64,000 nucleotides of DNA from Pseudogymnoascus verrucosus (taxonomy: Eukaryota): assembly GCA_001662655.1 (NCBI GenBank), contig KV460225.1; one strand, written 5' to 3'. The position numbers and the translations under genes are program-made. Positions within the stretch are counted from its first letter, which is position 1, and each line of letters begins with the position of its first letter. Positions 1-12,203 of the stretch are shown piece after piece. The notes below the pieces were generated by a model. That model saw nothing but the letters and a program-made list of their open reading frames with translations. It did no database searches and was not told where the DNA came from.

Positions 1-394
1 GTCAATGCCAATCCGAGGACCAAGCAAGCGGATAATTGATGATCCGGTTGAAGCTGGGATTTCACGGTGTATCACGTGATGTATATCGTCCGGGTTCAAT
101 TTGAGAAGGAGCGATCAATGACGAGGCTGATAGTTGGGAAGGAGCAGACGACATGTCCGGAGCTAATTCTAGTTGACTTCTAAGAGAAGAGTGTGATCGT
201 GAGACTTGGAGTTTTAATCGTTCATATTGTGGGACTTGGTGACCGACCATTTGTGAGGGAGGGGAAATTGTAACCCCCCCAACTCCCAACTTCCAACAAT
301 AAATGATAAGGTCTCTCTCACTGACAAAAAATACAAGTGTTTATCCAACTAAATGAATTCACATTGTTAAAACTCAAGGCGGAGGTCTCACAAT

Positions 395-880
395 ATGGCA
401 CCTACCACAACACCATCATCCCCAGCAATGCCTCCAACCCCAACGCCCCCAGAGCCCATCTCATCCGCCCCTCCCCCCGGACAAACCATCCTATACAACG
501 TCTACCGAATCTATATAACCCAAGGAACCGGCCCTCTCCACCAAGGAATTGCCCTCGTCCCCGCTCAACTTCCATCCCAAACTGCAGGCCGCTTCTACCA
601 CGTCACAGGCACCGTCGGGCTAGGCATGGATTACCAATGTCGGCCCGCCGAAAAGTTCGGTCTCAACCCAGCGTTTAAAAGCGCCGTTCTGATGTTCCAG
701 ATGCCGAAGTCCCTGCTGGCGGAGTTCGAGGCTATCGCGACTAGCGTGCCGCCACCGCATGATCCGAGGGTGCTTTTGGAGAGGAACCCGGAGCCGCCAG
801 CTAGGGACTGTGGTGCGTGGGTCACAGAAGTTTTGGATAGGGCGGGAACACTTTTGAGGGATAAGGGGGTGGATTTATAA
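395..880 (+). CDS. Small hypothetical protein (161 aa), fungal-type
   Basis: Intronless ORF. A Pro-rich N-terminus is followed by a globular segment (YNVYRIY..H.GIAL..GRFYHVTG..GMDY..DCGAWV). Confidence 0.65.
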   Translation: MAPTTTPSSPAMPPTPTPPEPISSAPPPGQTILYNVYRIYITQGTGPLHQGIALVPAQLPSQTAGRFYHVTGTVGLGMDYQCRPAEKFGLNPAFKSAVLMFQMPKSLLAEFEAIATSVPPPHDPRVLLERNPEPPARDCGAWVTEVLDRAGTLLRDKGVDL

Positions 881-1254
881 GATTTGGAGCTTGGTCTTGA
901 CTAGCGTTTTACTATGGTTAGTTTTGTTATATTTCTTATATTGGGGGCTCATATGTCACGCTATATTTGCTGAATCGCCTCATTTTAGACTTTTAGGACC
1001 GCGCGAGTGGGCTTAGTCGCTGTTCTATAATAGTCAGGCACGAATTTTGGCCTTTAATTAACATAAGTAGCTGCATCTTTCCTGCATCTTCAGGTTTCCT
1101 TGCTTCTGGTACGTCGACATCTCCGTTGAGAACTCTTCCCGTTTGAACGGCACATCAGTCCTCACGCTTACCAACACCACGACAGAAATCAAGCTTCACA
1201 CAAGAAACGCCAGTAACCAACCTCTCTGGAAAAAGTTTCAGCGTCTGAGCCACG

Positions 1255-2848
1255 ATGTGCACCCCACGGACGCGAGAACTTGACTTTGAAGAGTTCTCAT
1301 ACGTTAATGAACAAGGGAACTTGAGCACCGAGGGGACCGGATGGTTGGCACCATTATCAAATTATATTTTCGAGAACTTCGGAGTCGTCTCAGTTTCGGA
1401 AACATACCCATATTTAATTATGTTTTGTGAAGATAAAGTGCCACCACACTCTGAGCGGCCTTTAAAATTGCAGGCTTGGTCGCAGTTTGGGTTGTGAATG
1501 GAGAAATTTCGTTTCCACGGGTAAGAATTAACTATCATACTGTCTCTTCATGTGTCCTAGAACGCTCTGTACTAACTTTACTGGCAGGATATAGAAATGG
1601 GAGAATTTTATGGAGCCATGTATATGAAGAATCCGTGGATATGGCTCGACCAGAACCTCCTTGCCGAGCTCGACGTTTTAGTTATCCCCAAGGCCAAAAC
1701 ATTGTCGACCATCATGAATGAGCATTTCCCGGACGCGCTCGCCATCTCGTTCATCAGTCATCAGATTCTCATAGAGCTGATCGAGGTTACTTTCGAGGAG
1801 CATCGTAGGCGTCTGGAGTACTTACCTGGGGGGGTTTGGGATACAAACTTTGGCCTGAGATATTACAATGGCCCAATCCACGGACCTGGAGTCAAGCGCC
1901 CGGAGCCAAACATGGATAGGTTCCATGACGAATACGACGACACTGACTATTTGAAGTCCCAGGGGTATTTTAATCCAGGTTCCATGATGTCTTTTGGAGA
2001 AGATAGGATATTCACTGCAGGAATTAAAGTTAAAAAGAAACATGATATCAGAATAACAGTACCCATCTCCTGCTGGGACAAGAAACTTGAACCCGCACTC
2101 CGGCGCGGAGGAAGCCACACCATCAAGCAAGGAGACTGGGAAAATGGAACGGCTTTTGGAATGCAAACCAAACGGATACTACAAAGCGGCACCCGAGTTG
2201 CAAAGACGAATAAGTCATTTAATAATCGATTCCTCAACCTTAAAGGCTCTGCCACCAGTCTTTTACACAGTGACGACATTAGGAAAGTCAATGAATTATT
2301 CTGGACCGATAACTTCATGACCGGACCGCAACAACTCGCAAGTGTCGGTAAAAGAGTCTGCAAAGTTGACACACAAGGCAACGACTTCTTCAGTGACCCG
2401 AACGCACTACTCACGCACGGAGAATATACCGAGCTTGTTCAGTGCATATATGCGACTACGATGCCGCCCATCAACAGCCAGCAGAAAATACAGAACGGCG
2501 TTTGCGGTGCCCATTATCCGCGCTCGAATGGAAGAGAATTGCCCCCCGGCGGTAGCAAAATATACGGCTCCTAAGACAAGAAGCTCGTATAAAAGAGGCC
2601 CTTCTTTTAACACCCCGCTTACAGTACTTGGAAAGCGGTTGCCGCAAGAAGAAACCACGGGGGAAGTGGCGGGGTTCATGGACATTCAGTATGGTGGTGA
2701 TCGTTTGCTGTGCTTTGCTGATGTGGTTGACGGATTAGTTGATGATGGGTGGTCGGTTGTGCCAGTGGATGCGAAACGAAAAGTTGACGGGAGTGAGTTT
2801 GATGGCGATGCAGGGCCTTCTGCTGCTAAATGTTCTCGTGATGAATGA
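1255..2848 (+). pseudogene. Frameshifted hypothetical protein gene
   Basis: Protein-like sequence continues across ORFs 1255, 1476, 1597 and 2342. One intron fits (GTAAGA ~1521, CTAAC, CAG ~1587), but frame changes near ~1465 and ~2505 have no splice signals. Confidence 0.5.
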
Positions 2849-3448
2849 TCCTACTATGGGATTGAGAGGCGGGTTTTGCACCGTGCACTATCCTGGGATT
2901 ATGATAAGAGAGAGGATTTATAAACTCGCGGGTTTGTTACTCTCTAGAATTTGAAATGCTATTTTTGCTATCAGCATTAATGGGGGCTATAACTTGCCAA
3001 AGATGACTCTAGACACACACACACTAAAATCTGTCTTCTTCTTACATGTTTTGCATCACCTCCAACAGTCCCGTTCTCAATTAGTATAGCATTAGACGAT
3101 ATAACAGTAGCTGCCAAGGTGTAGATAACTGAGACCTCGATGAACTACCAAACGATGGGATGAGTATCCGTCCCCCTGAGGGTCATCCCCAAAACTAAAG
3201 AAATCGTACTTACTTGTTATAGCGGCTCGGATCGTTTTTGGCGGGGTAAAAGTGCGGGGTGCGGGGAAGCCTAAGGATTTGTGGATGTACAGTACGTGCC
3301 TCGGTAATCTAACCAGGGGTTAGGTAGCACAGAAGGTTTCCGATATTGAACTTCATGTGTTCCATAGTCCATACAATACTACAGCTACAGCAGCCCTGCA
3401 ATATCATTGTAGCCTACGAACCTTACGATTTACGTTTATCTAGATAAA

Positions 3449-4027
3449 ATGGGCGACGACGACCTTACATTCTTTCAGACAATCCCATGGTGTGCGTCCC
3501 TCATCAACGACCCCAGCTACGTGACAATTCCTACAATCTCCCGCGTGAGCAAGGAAGACACCGAGGATGCACTCTTTGGAGACATATTAAGGACGGACAA
3601 GACAATTGCAGCATGTCTATCGTTATATAAGAAGCCAGCTGTTTCGACCGCGCCGATAGGAGAAGTCACAACTCTTCTTTCCCTTGAATACGGACTTAAC
3701 GGCTACCGGCATGTCTGTCACGGAGGAATCGTCGCCACAATACTCGACGAGGTCATGGGAATTCTGCTTGCTGTGAATAAAGACCGAGAAGCGGAAATCG
3801 CTAGAGATACCGGGAGATCAGTCGAAACGATGGCGGAGGTTACGGCAGAATTAACCGTCAAATATTTAAAGCCTGTCACAACGCCTCAGACTGTCCGTGT
3901 TAAGGCCTGGTTATCAAGGACGGAGGGACGCAAATTTTGGGTCGAGGGGACTATAGAAGATAAATCGGGTACGGTGTTAGCTAGAGGTGAAGCTTTATTT
4001 GTCCAAATAAGAAAGAGTGTACTGTAG
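3449..4027 (+). CDS. HotDog-fold (PaaI-like) thioesterase
   Basis: Motif NGY.HVCHGGIVATILDEVMG and TAELTVKYLKPV; intact 192 aa. Confidence 0.9.
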   Translation: MGDDDLTFFQTIPWCASLINDPSYVTIPTISRVSKEDTEDALFGDILRTDKTIAACLSLYKKPAVSTAPIGEVTTLLSLEYGLNGYRHVCHGGIVATILDEVMGILLAVNKDREAEIARDTGRSVETMAEVTAELTVKYLKPVTTPQTVRVKAWLSRTEGRKFWVEGTIEDKSGTVLARGEALFVQIRKSVL

Positions 4028-5144
4028 TATCTAGCTAGTATAGTATGCCCTCACAGATCATCTTCCTGCTTTCTTGTACTTGTGTAATCGTCTTATCCAA
4101 CTTCTCGCAAATAGAGCTGAACGGATTAACTTTCCGCCCAAGTGCGGATGACACCAATCCAAAGTTGCGGGGGAGTATTTACTAACCTAACTTTCTGTTT
4201 CTACCCAAGTAGAAACTTCCGGGATGGTGATGTGCCCGGCTGGAACGGCTCTTCGACGCCTCGCCCACTCCTGACATCAACCATAAGCACATTTAGTATG
4301 GACACCAGTGAATATAGGCATGGTATAGCAATATAATACTAAAAGCCTTCAACTATTACGGCATAGGCCGGACTACTCTAACTATGCCCTACCGGGGTAA
4401 TCAAGTGCGGCTCCAATCCACCAGACATCTGGCCACTGTCGAGAAAGCTGCATCTGAATTTAACAACACTAGCTGTTCCATTATTTCTTTGCTACCAAGG
4501 GGTCTAGAAGCTCGCTAAGGAAATACTATTGGCATAGTACAGGTTCGCATCAGTTAGTTACCTAAAGTCCCCAGCCTCACATATATTCTCCGTATATGGT
4601 GAGCTTGCCCTGCAGATGAAGACCAAGCTAGAGGCTCATTCCAACAGTGACCGGACCATAAGCTTATTTGGGGTTGCCACCGAAGTTTCTATGGAATCCA
4701 ACATGCCATGGCCAGAATGGAGCATGAGAATGAGCTAGGATGCGGAGGCCGAGAAAAATGATAGTGGAGATTGATGGGAGGTCTTGGTCATACCGCAGGC
4801 CGTTGCCTAATATGGACGAGATAAATATAGCTGACATGGCTCACAGCTCCTGTTCTAACAGCTCTGCCCACGCTATAACGCATGAGGCGCAATAAGTCCT
4901 ATGACTTTACGGAGATACGTATTTGGCTATGGTAGCAGCGGGATTACTCTGCTCGAGTGGTATTAGATAAATAAAAATACAACGACGTTAAAACTTGTAT
5001 AGAATGTAATACATTTTTAAGCCCAGAAGCTTTAGAAAGAAGCCCAGCCCCATGACCAATGTGACCCCAAGTTACAAACCCGTTACTAATCGATGGGCCA
5101 ACTAAACCAATACAAAAACGCACGAATAGACTTACAGCACCTAT

Positions 5145-7314
5145 TTACTCGCCCTCGGCGTCATGGCCATCCACTGCACCCTCCCTTGCCTTTCGCCACT
5201 CCCGCCGCCGCACGCCTGTCGAAGAGCCTTGATAGACCCCGAGCGGGTGCTGTGCAGCGAGTGCGCCGAAATCGGCTGCAGTTAGAGTGGGATAGTAGGC
5301 ACCGAGAGCATATACGTCCGTGTAGAGAAGTCGAGGCGGGATCTTGAAGGTGGTTGGGCCGGGTGGAGGCGTCGTAGGAGCGTCGTCCGTGCTGTGAGGG
5401 GTAGCGTTGGCAGAGGCTTTTTTAACGGGGGGAGGTGGTGTAGCTGTAGAGGCGGAAACTGCGATGAGATAGGGTTGCGAATCGCCTGTACCCTTAGCTG
5501 TAGGTGGAAGCAGGAATCTGGATACTGCGTCTGGGGTTGCCACAATGCAGAGCTGGTTTGAAACCGTCGGGGATGATGGTATGTTGGCATTGAAGTGTCT
5601 GCATCTGTTAGCCTCATCGACTCGTATAATAAAACCGCAAACATACCGTTGCACGCCCTCCAAATCGCCTTCAGCAATAAATGCTGCCTGCCCATCGACC
5701 CAGTGCAGCGTTGCTTTCTTCTTCATACCCTCTGCACCAACAACACCCTCCCAACCGAGCTCCACACCCTTCTCTACCTTTCCCAGAAACTCCGCCCACT
5801 TATCATCACTCTCCTCATACGACACCCTATACGCCACAAACCCAAACCCCTCCACCTCATCCCTCCCCAACTCCCTAACCCACCCCTCCGCCTCCAACAC
5901 CAACGGCGCCTCAAACTGCGGCTGCAAATGCTTATGCCCAAACTCCCGATGCGTGATCGTCATCGGCGCCTTCATAAAGCCCGGCACTTTCGTCTCTGCC
6001 TCATACGCCCTCTTGTGCTCCTTCACCGCCGCCTTCAAAACAGATCGCATATCAGCCACGCGTTTCCTCTCTATGCCTGCATAAATACCATTGAGCCGTT
6101 TCGGCGAGGTCTCGGGTTTGTCACCGTTAACTAGGCGTCTGTCAACGCCGTGGGCGAAAACGAAGCCGTCGGTGCGGCCGTGGATGGCGATGTCGGCGTC
6201 GATGTAAAGGTCGAGGAGGGTGTTAAGGATGAGCATGGCGTGGTGGTCGATGCGGACTGTGGTCTGTGTCTCGTTGATAGAGTGTCCCGACTGCAACACT
6301 TCCAGGAAGTGCGTCTTCCATAAAGTGTGGAGCTTTAGGAGTCGTCCAAATACCCAGGCGCGAGCTTGACTCTCCATAAACTCAAAGTGGTTACTGCATC
6401 TCCTTAGCTCTGCTCGACTTCATACATCAGCGCGGGGAACTTACTGCATATACTCCCTCCACAGCTTGCTCAAACTCCATTCCGGTCCGCTTTCCCCCTT
6501 CTCCTCACACATCGCATTAACAGCATCTTGAAATACGTCCCACTCAGCCCAAATCCGATTATACCCATCCCTCAGCCTCCCCTGCACATCCGGGCCCCTT
6601 AAATAATCAAAAACATCAACAACCTGTCTGATAATCGCAATTGCCTCCTCAATATTCTCCCTATCATCCAGGTTCCTCTCCCGCCACTCCACATCCGTCA
6701 CAGGCGCAATGCCAAACCAGACCTATATCCATCAATCAGCTCCCACCCCACCACCCACGCCACACCACCCCATTCCAAAAAAAAAACAGCAATCTCAGAA
6801 ACAACTCACCTTCGCCTTAACAACCCTAAAACTCCTCTCCACCTCCCTCCCCACCACCCCCCTCACAATATCATCCATCCCACTCATCACGTGCGCAACC
6901 CTAATCATAACCGGCGGTGACACTCCCACTCCCGGAAACCCAGGCACCAGCGCCGGCGCAGGCAGCTCCGAAAACGGTTTCGGCGCCCACTCCGCATACG
7001 GCCTTGCGAGTCTCGCGAGCTCGGGTGCTGGGAAGAGAGGGAGGGTGGAGTGGGCGCCGTGGGGGAGGCGCCCGGAGCTGGCGAAGCGGAGGAAGAGGTT
7101 GAGGGTTGGGAGCTCGAGGTCGGTTGGTATTACTGGGGGGTGTTAAAAAAAGGGGGGGGGGGGGATTGGACGTACAAACGCGGTCTTCGGCGTCTTCGGG
7201 GCTGATGACTGGGAGGGAGGGTTGGGCGGGGCCTGCCCAGAGGCCTATGAGGATGAGGGTGGAGAAGATGACGACGATGGTGGTAGCCAGGATGGCTAGT
7301 ATTTTGAGGAACAT
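5145..7314 (-). CDS. Multi-exon hypothetical protein with N-terminal hydrophobic anchor
   Basis: Collinear minus-strand ORFs (6901-7314, 6441-6701, 5145-6377) with intron-like gaps; starts MFLKILAILATTIVVIFSTLILIGLW. Exon boundaries not fully resolved. Confidence 0.6.
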
Positions 7315-7609
7315 TGTGGATTGAGGGGGGGGGTTTGAGGTTTCTCACATTTGCAAAAAATATAAATAGTTGGTGACCTTAGCGTCGTCGTTCCTTGTAA
7401 ATGAAGATCTTGGAAACAAGCGCGCGTTTTTCGACGAGTCGGCTGGGCTGCCATGATTGGTTCACGTTCCCCCTTGATAATATGGGCGAGACGACAGGCC
7501 AAGTTTAGAAAAAATGCAGATTACGGAATTACAAAAACGTAGAAAGCAAAATAAAAACTTGGAAATGTCGTTGAATTTTATAAAATTCAACAAAAAAAAT
7601 ATATATAAC

Positions 7610-7614
7610 AAAAA
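7610..7614 (-). terminator. Pol III T-run terminator of the 5S gene
   Basis: TTTTT directly follows the 5S 3' end (...GTTGTATGT); a further T8 run lies at 7592-7599. Confidence 0.75.
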
Positions 7615-7714
7615 ACATACAACAGTGGGTATTCGCTGGTGGTCACCCACCTAACTACTAATCCACCGACCTCAAGCTTGTGTATGGCAGAGCGGACGGG
7701 ATGCCCAATTCTCT
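7615..7714 (-). rRNA. 5S rRNA gene, 3' fragment (nt 20-119), interrupted by insertion
   Basis: Minus strand reads AGAGAATTGGGCATCCCGTCCGCTCTGCCATACACAAGCTTGAGGTCGGTGGATTAGTAGTTAGGTGGGTGACCACCAGCGAATACCCACTGTTGTATGT, a typical filamentous-ascomycete 5S sequence. Confidence 0.95.
7700..7714 (+). repeat. Left direct repeat GATGCCCAATTCTCT (5S nt 20-34)
   Basis: Identical to 12204-12218; the bases either side mismatch. Confidence 0.95.
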
Positions 7715-8019
7715 GTGAGCTGCCATCGCTTTTGCGCCAAGACCACCACCAAAACCGTTCCCTGTTGTCAGCCTTCCGCTCCTGACCTGACGCCATTGCT
7801 GCTTTTACCTGCACGCACTGCCTCACGACCCGCACTTCTCTAATTATAGCAGCCATTGCATCGTCCTGAGAGCGCTTACGAAATGCAAAATCGTTGGCAG
7901 CCTACAAACATTTGGCAAACACCTTCCAGCTCAACACATCTCTTAGTAAAAGGCAGCCTCCAACACCTTTTCAGTTCCGAAGAGTCGTCTACACTACTAT
8001 ATAGCGATTTAACTGCAGA

Positions 8020-9836
8020 ATGCGTCTTGTTCATACTACAACTCTCAAACTCCACGAATTCCCACCCAAAGGTATCCCACCTTACGCTATCCTTTCTCAC
8101 ACATGGGGCTGCGACGAAGTGACTTTCCAGGACATGATGAATTCTTGCCCCCCTTCTACGAAACTAGGCTATAACAAAATTATCTGTTGCTCTGAGCAAG
8201 CGAGAGGGGCTGGACTAGAATATGTATGGATCGATACTTGTTGTATTGACAAGAAGAGCAGCGTCGAGTTGTCCGAAGCGATCAACTCAATGTTTCAGTG
8301 GTATCGACAAGCGGCTGTCTGTTACGTTTACCTGAATGATATGCACATAACAACCCCGGCATTTGAAGTGTATTCACAGCTACTGGGAAGTAGGTGGTTT
8401 AAAAGGGGATGGACACTCCAGGAGCTTATTGCCTCGGATCTAAGAGTGGTCTTCAGTTCAACGTGGGTTAAGATCGGGTTATCGTCAAAAGAACGACTTG
8501 AATTACCCAAATTTCGCATAAAAGAGAGCTTTTATGCTCAAATCCCCGATATTACCCAGCACCTATGTCATATAACAGGAATTCCTATCGACATACTCCA
8601 GGGCGATAGTTTGGAACAAACTAGCATTGCCCAAAGAATGTCTTGGGCCGCATATAGGGAGACAACCAGAGTAGAGGATGAGGCTTACTGCCTTCTAGGC
8701 ATCTTCGATGTAAATATGCCGTTGCTCTACGGAGAAGGAAGGAGGGCGTTCCTAAGATTACAAGAGGAGATCCTGAAAAGTAGTGATGATCAGTCGATTC
8801 TTGCACACATATCGCCTACTCTAGAAGCTCCGGTTGGATTGCTAGCACAGTCACCCGCGTTTTTTGCGCTGGCTGGGGATATCGGAAAGTCCGATAGAAG
8901 CTGGACAACTTCGGAAGATGCTGTAGCTCTGACAAAACAAGGGCTGAAGATTTATTCAACAATTTGTCCCCTTTCTAGCGGCTCTGCGTGCCTTGCTATT
9001 CTGGACTGTACAGTTGGTAGATCATCAGTCGCGAGGCCTGCAATCTATTTAGAGCGCCAGGAAGGTTCCAAAGACTGCTACCAGCGCTATAGTCACCGAT
9101 TCTTACTAATATTATCTCCTCAACGCCCCGGGTTAGGGTGTCACATGATATGGCGACCAACGATGCTTGATATATCAATTAATGCGTTGCTTGGTAAGTT
9201 GTCTGCATTTCAAAATCATTTTTCCTTTAGTAAGACTAATGGTTATACCTAGAGCAAATAAACTTCGATCAGGCATACAAAAAGACGATACATATTCCAT
9301 TTAAGTGTGCGGATAACACTTTAATCAGATTACCAACAGTTCGTGTAGAAGAAATCGATAAACGCCTGGTACTTCTTTCTGTGGAACCGAAAAATAGTTG
9401 GGATCACGATACTAAAACGGTTCAATTGTCTTCTGGTGTTAGGACTTCTGAGGGTACCCAGGCTGTATTTCACATTCAAGACAAAGGATCTGGCCTTAAT
9501 TTAGATCTTTTGGTCGGATTCGACCCTAAAGAATTTGATGAGGAAAAATCTCGTATTTGGGCTGCATGGTGTCTCTTGATTCCATTAGGAGCTGACAGAA
9601 TTTCTCACAGACAGCCAAAATCTACAAATACGCTGTCTGAGGCACGAAAGAATAACATATGCAGTGATAGTCTTAGTCTTAGACAGACGAAGGCACAGCA
9701 GAGTGTTGTCGACTTAGGTTGCAGTTTTCAATATCTAGTCCAAGCTTCTATTGAAGCGATTAAGTTTCTTGGACGTCAAGAGGTTATTTTGCAGGTGCGG
9801 CTATTATCAAAACCCAAACCTCAAGAGACTTGTTAA
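8020..9836 (+). CDS. HET-domain (heterokaryon incompatibility) protein, ~585 aa, no NACHT/WD40
   Basis: PYAILSHTWG, YVWIDTCCIDKKSSVELSEAINSMFQWY, SRWFKRGWTLQEL and SIAQRMSWAAYRETTRVEDEAYCLLGIFDVNMPLLYGEG. Intron 9194-9252 (GTAAGT..CTAAT..TAG) joins in frame to the 9381-9836 ORF. Confidence 0.92.
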
Positions 9837-10095
9837 AGGAAGAAAGTCAGGCAAAGGCGAAATTTATATTTAAACGAAATATTAATTGATTAACAACCAA
9901 AGATAGAGTTCGATAATTAAGATTTCTACGGGCCTAGTTGATAATTATTTGTTCATTGAAATGTCTACCAATAGTGAAATCCCTGCCTTCTCGAACGTTT
10001 CGTCATTTGGATATAACGCAAAATCGTACAATGTGAAAATTGAAAGGAGAATGTTAGACTTGAAAGATTTCAATAGACAATTGTTGATACGGCCA

Positions 10096-11834
10096 TTACT
10101 CTTTGCATGTTTCGCGTGGCCTCGTCAACCCTATCTTGTGAAACTCGAATTGATGATCCACATACCCAGCTTCATCTTGAAACGCAGGTTTACCAGTACA
10201 TTCGGCTGCTTCACATACAAGGTTGCGCTTACGATGTAGTAGATCAGGGTGCCTAGCAAACAAATGAAGCATAGTTTCCATGAAATTTCCTGTTGGCTCT
10301 GAGCAATATGAACAATTTTCACCGTCTTGACTAAGAAGCCTGTAGATAATGGTGAGTTGTAATTTATACGAATGGTGAGGCATAAACGTACGTATCGTAA
10401 GGTAGTTCCCACACCGTTCCTGGCTCGAAATGGGATTTTAAAATCTCAGTCATTTTGCTACTCGACCTGTCTATATGTTAATGGCAACGAAATAGAGTCT
10501 TTTGATAATATCAAAACTTACAGCGACAATTGGCATTGTTCGTCGTCTTTCCCTTGCCAAGGCAAAAGGCATTGGCACTCGTCTAATTTAGGCATCCTTT
10601 TAGAGACTTTCTCATCTAGGTCATATATACTTCTTGCTATTGTAAACGCTGATGGGCGCAAACAAGGATCAGGTTGGACCATAGCCTGACAAGAAGGAAT
10701 GAATTGTTGGAGAAATGCTGACTGCAAGCACTCCTGATGTTCGGTGAGCTGCTCGATAGCCCTAGTGAAATTAGGGGCTTGTAGCCGTTGGGATACCCCG
10801 TTGAGACTCTGTCTGAGAGTGTCCAAAGATAAGCCCGCTGCAACTGTCATTATCTCAAGATATACACATCCGAGAGAGAATACATCTGTTTTGACACTTG
10901 AAATTTGCCCTAAAATGATTTCAGGAGCCAGGTAGATATAAGGTTTGACCTCTCCTCCATCCGAGGTTTCTTGTACTAGCATACTTGACTCTTTAAAGTA
11001 GTTTGAAATGGCGAATTCTGTGAAGAAAACATCACCATTCTTGACTCCAATACTTGCAGACCTGATATCCTTGTGTAATAGACCTTTCGCGTGGATATAG
11101 CTCAGCCCACTTGCAAGGCAGCCGAGCCATTTTTGCGCAATAGGAAGTGGCTCGAAAGGGGTCGGTTTTGTGCTATTAACTCGCTCAAGGAAGACCTGAA
11201 GTGTGCAATTTGCGATCGGGCTCATTATAATTCCATAGCGTAGGTTTTGAAGGTTAAAACTCTCCTCTTCATATGTCATAATTGCTGTTATAACATGGGG
11301 ATGATGAAGGGATTTTGCGGAATCAAGGCGCTCAAGTTCGGCAGATGATGTGCCCCTGGTTGGTTGACGGGCTAAGGTGAATACCTTTCGCGCGTAACTT
11401 CTGCCTGGAAGAATCTTTCCACCAGATGGTTCCACCTTGTCGACTATTGAGAAATTTCCCAACCCCAGATCTTCCATGTGATTAAACCGAACACGTCCAC
11501 ACGGAAAGAATTCATGAGTACAGACCACTGCTAATGTCTGATCATTGACTTTTTGGGCGTACGACTCCTCTGTATGCTGAGGGAATACAAGTTTTAGGCC
11601 GAATCTTTCCCCCTCACTTTCGTTCAGATATTGATAAGTTCGATGATCTTTAATATCGTGGGGAGCCTCTTTAGAGGTGGCTAAAGTGCTAGAGCTAGCC
11701 TGATCGTCAGACGTGATCTGCGTTGTACGTGGGCGTTTACGGGAACCCCGCTCTGGCATATCGCTCTGGTGATGCAGTTTAGGAGGTTGAGAGGACGGCT
11801 TGCAAGCGCTTGAATGTGCATTATCATGGTCCAT
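10096..11834 (-). CDS. Protein-kinase-fold protein (probable pseudokinase) with two C-terminal C2H2 zinc fingers, ~543 aa
   Basis: LGLGNFSIV, YARK, HKDIRSAS, EFA, YLAPE, DVFSLG, RPSA. Predicted exons 11834-10522, 10466-10392 and 10339-10096 (55- and 52-nt GT-AG introns) give an open frame ending in CSYC-x12-HLFARH and CEAAEC-x14-HQFEFH. Confidence 0.8.
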
Positions 11835-12203
11835 GTCTGTAGCAAAGCGGTAAATAAAGCAAATAAAGCTCGTGGTTGAGACTCGATGTTGAGGCAAGGC
11901 TTTAGGCAGCCACGGATCATGTAGTGGGCATTTAACCTTATATATCAGGCACACATTTAGATACATATCTATCCCTTTTACGCCTGCATATTGTGCTACA
12001 GTACTTGTATGTATTGCAAAGCGCAAGCTTATACATCTTCCTGTTTTGCGACAGCCGTGTACGTTTGGCCGTTTTGCGTAGTAATGTTGTTAGATAAAAG
12101 CAGCATTGGCCTTAGAACAACTCACGCGATACTGCAACTCATTATCATGTTTCCATCAACAGAAACCTCAAAGTCGTCGCATTCAGCGACCAGCGCCGAC
12201 AGA

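Noticed and set aside
4100..4950. Possible gene remnant between the thioesterase and the next gene
   Set aside because: Only short ORFs with no recognisable motif; cannot be supported without a homology search.
7587..7856. 89-aa minus-strand ORF with intron-like signals running into the 5S fragment
   Set aside because: Overlaps the rRNA sequence, has no protein motif and is too short for a recombinase.
7715..12203. Interpretation as a LINE/retro-insertion or a complete Starship
   Set aside because: No RT, no poly(A) and introns retained; no DUF3435 captain gene and far too small. Mobilisation in trans remains possible.
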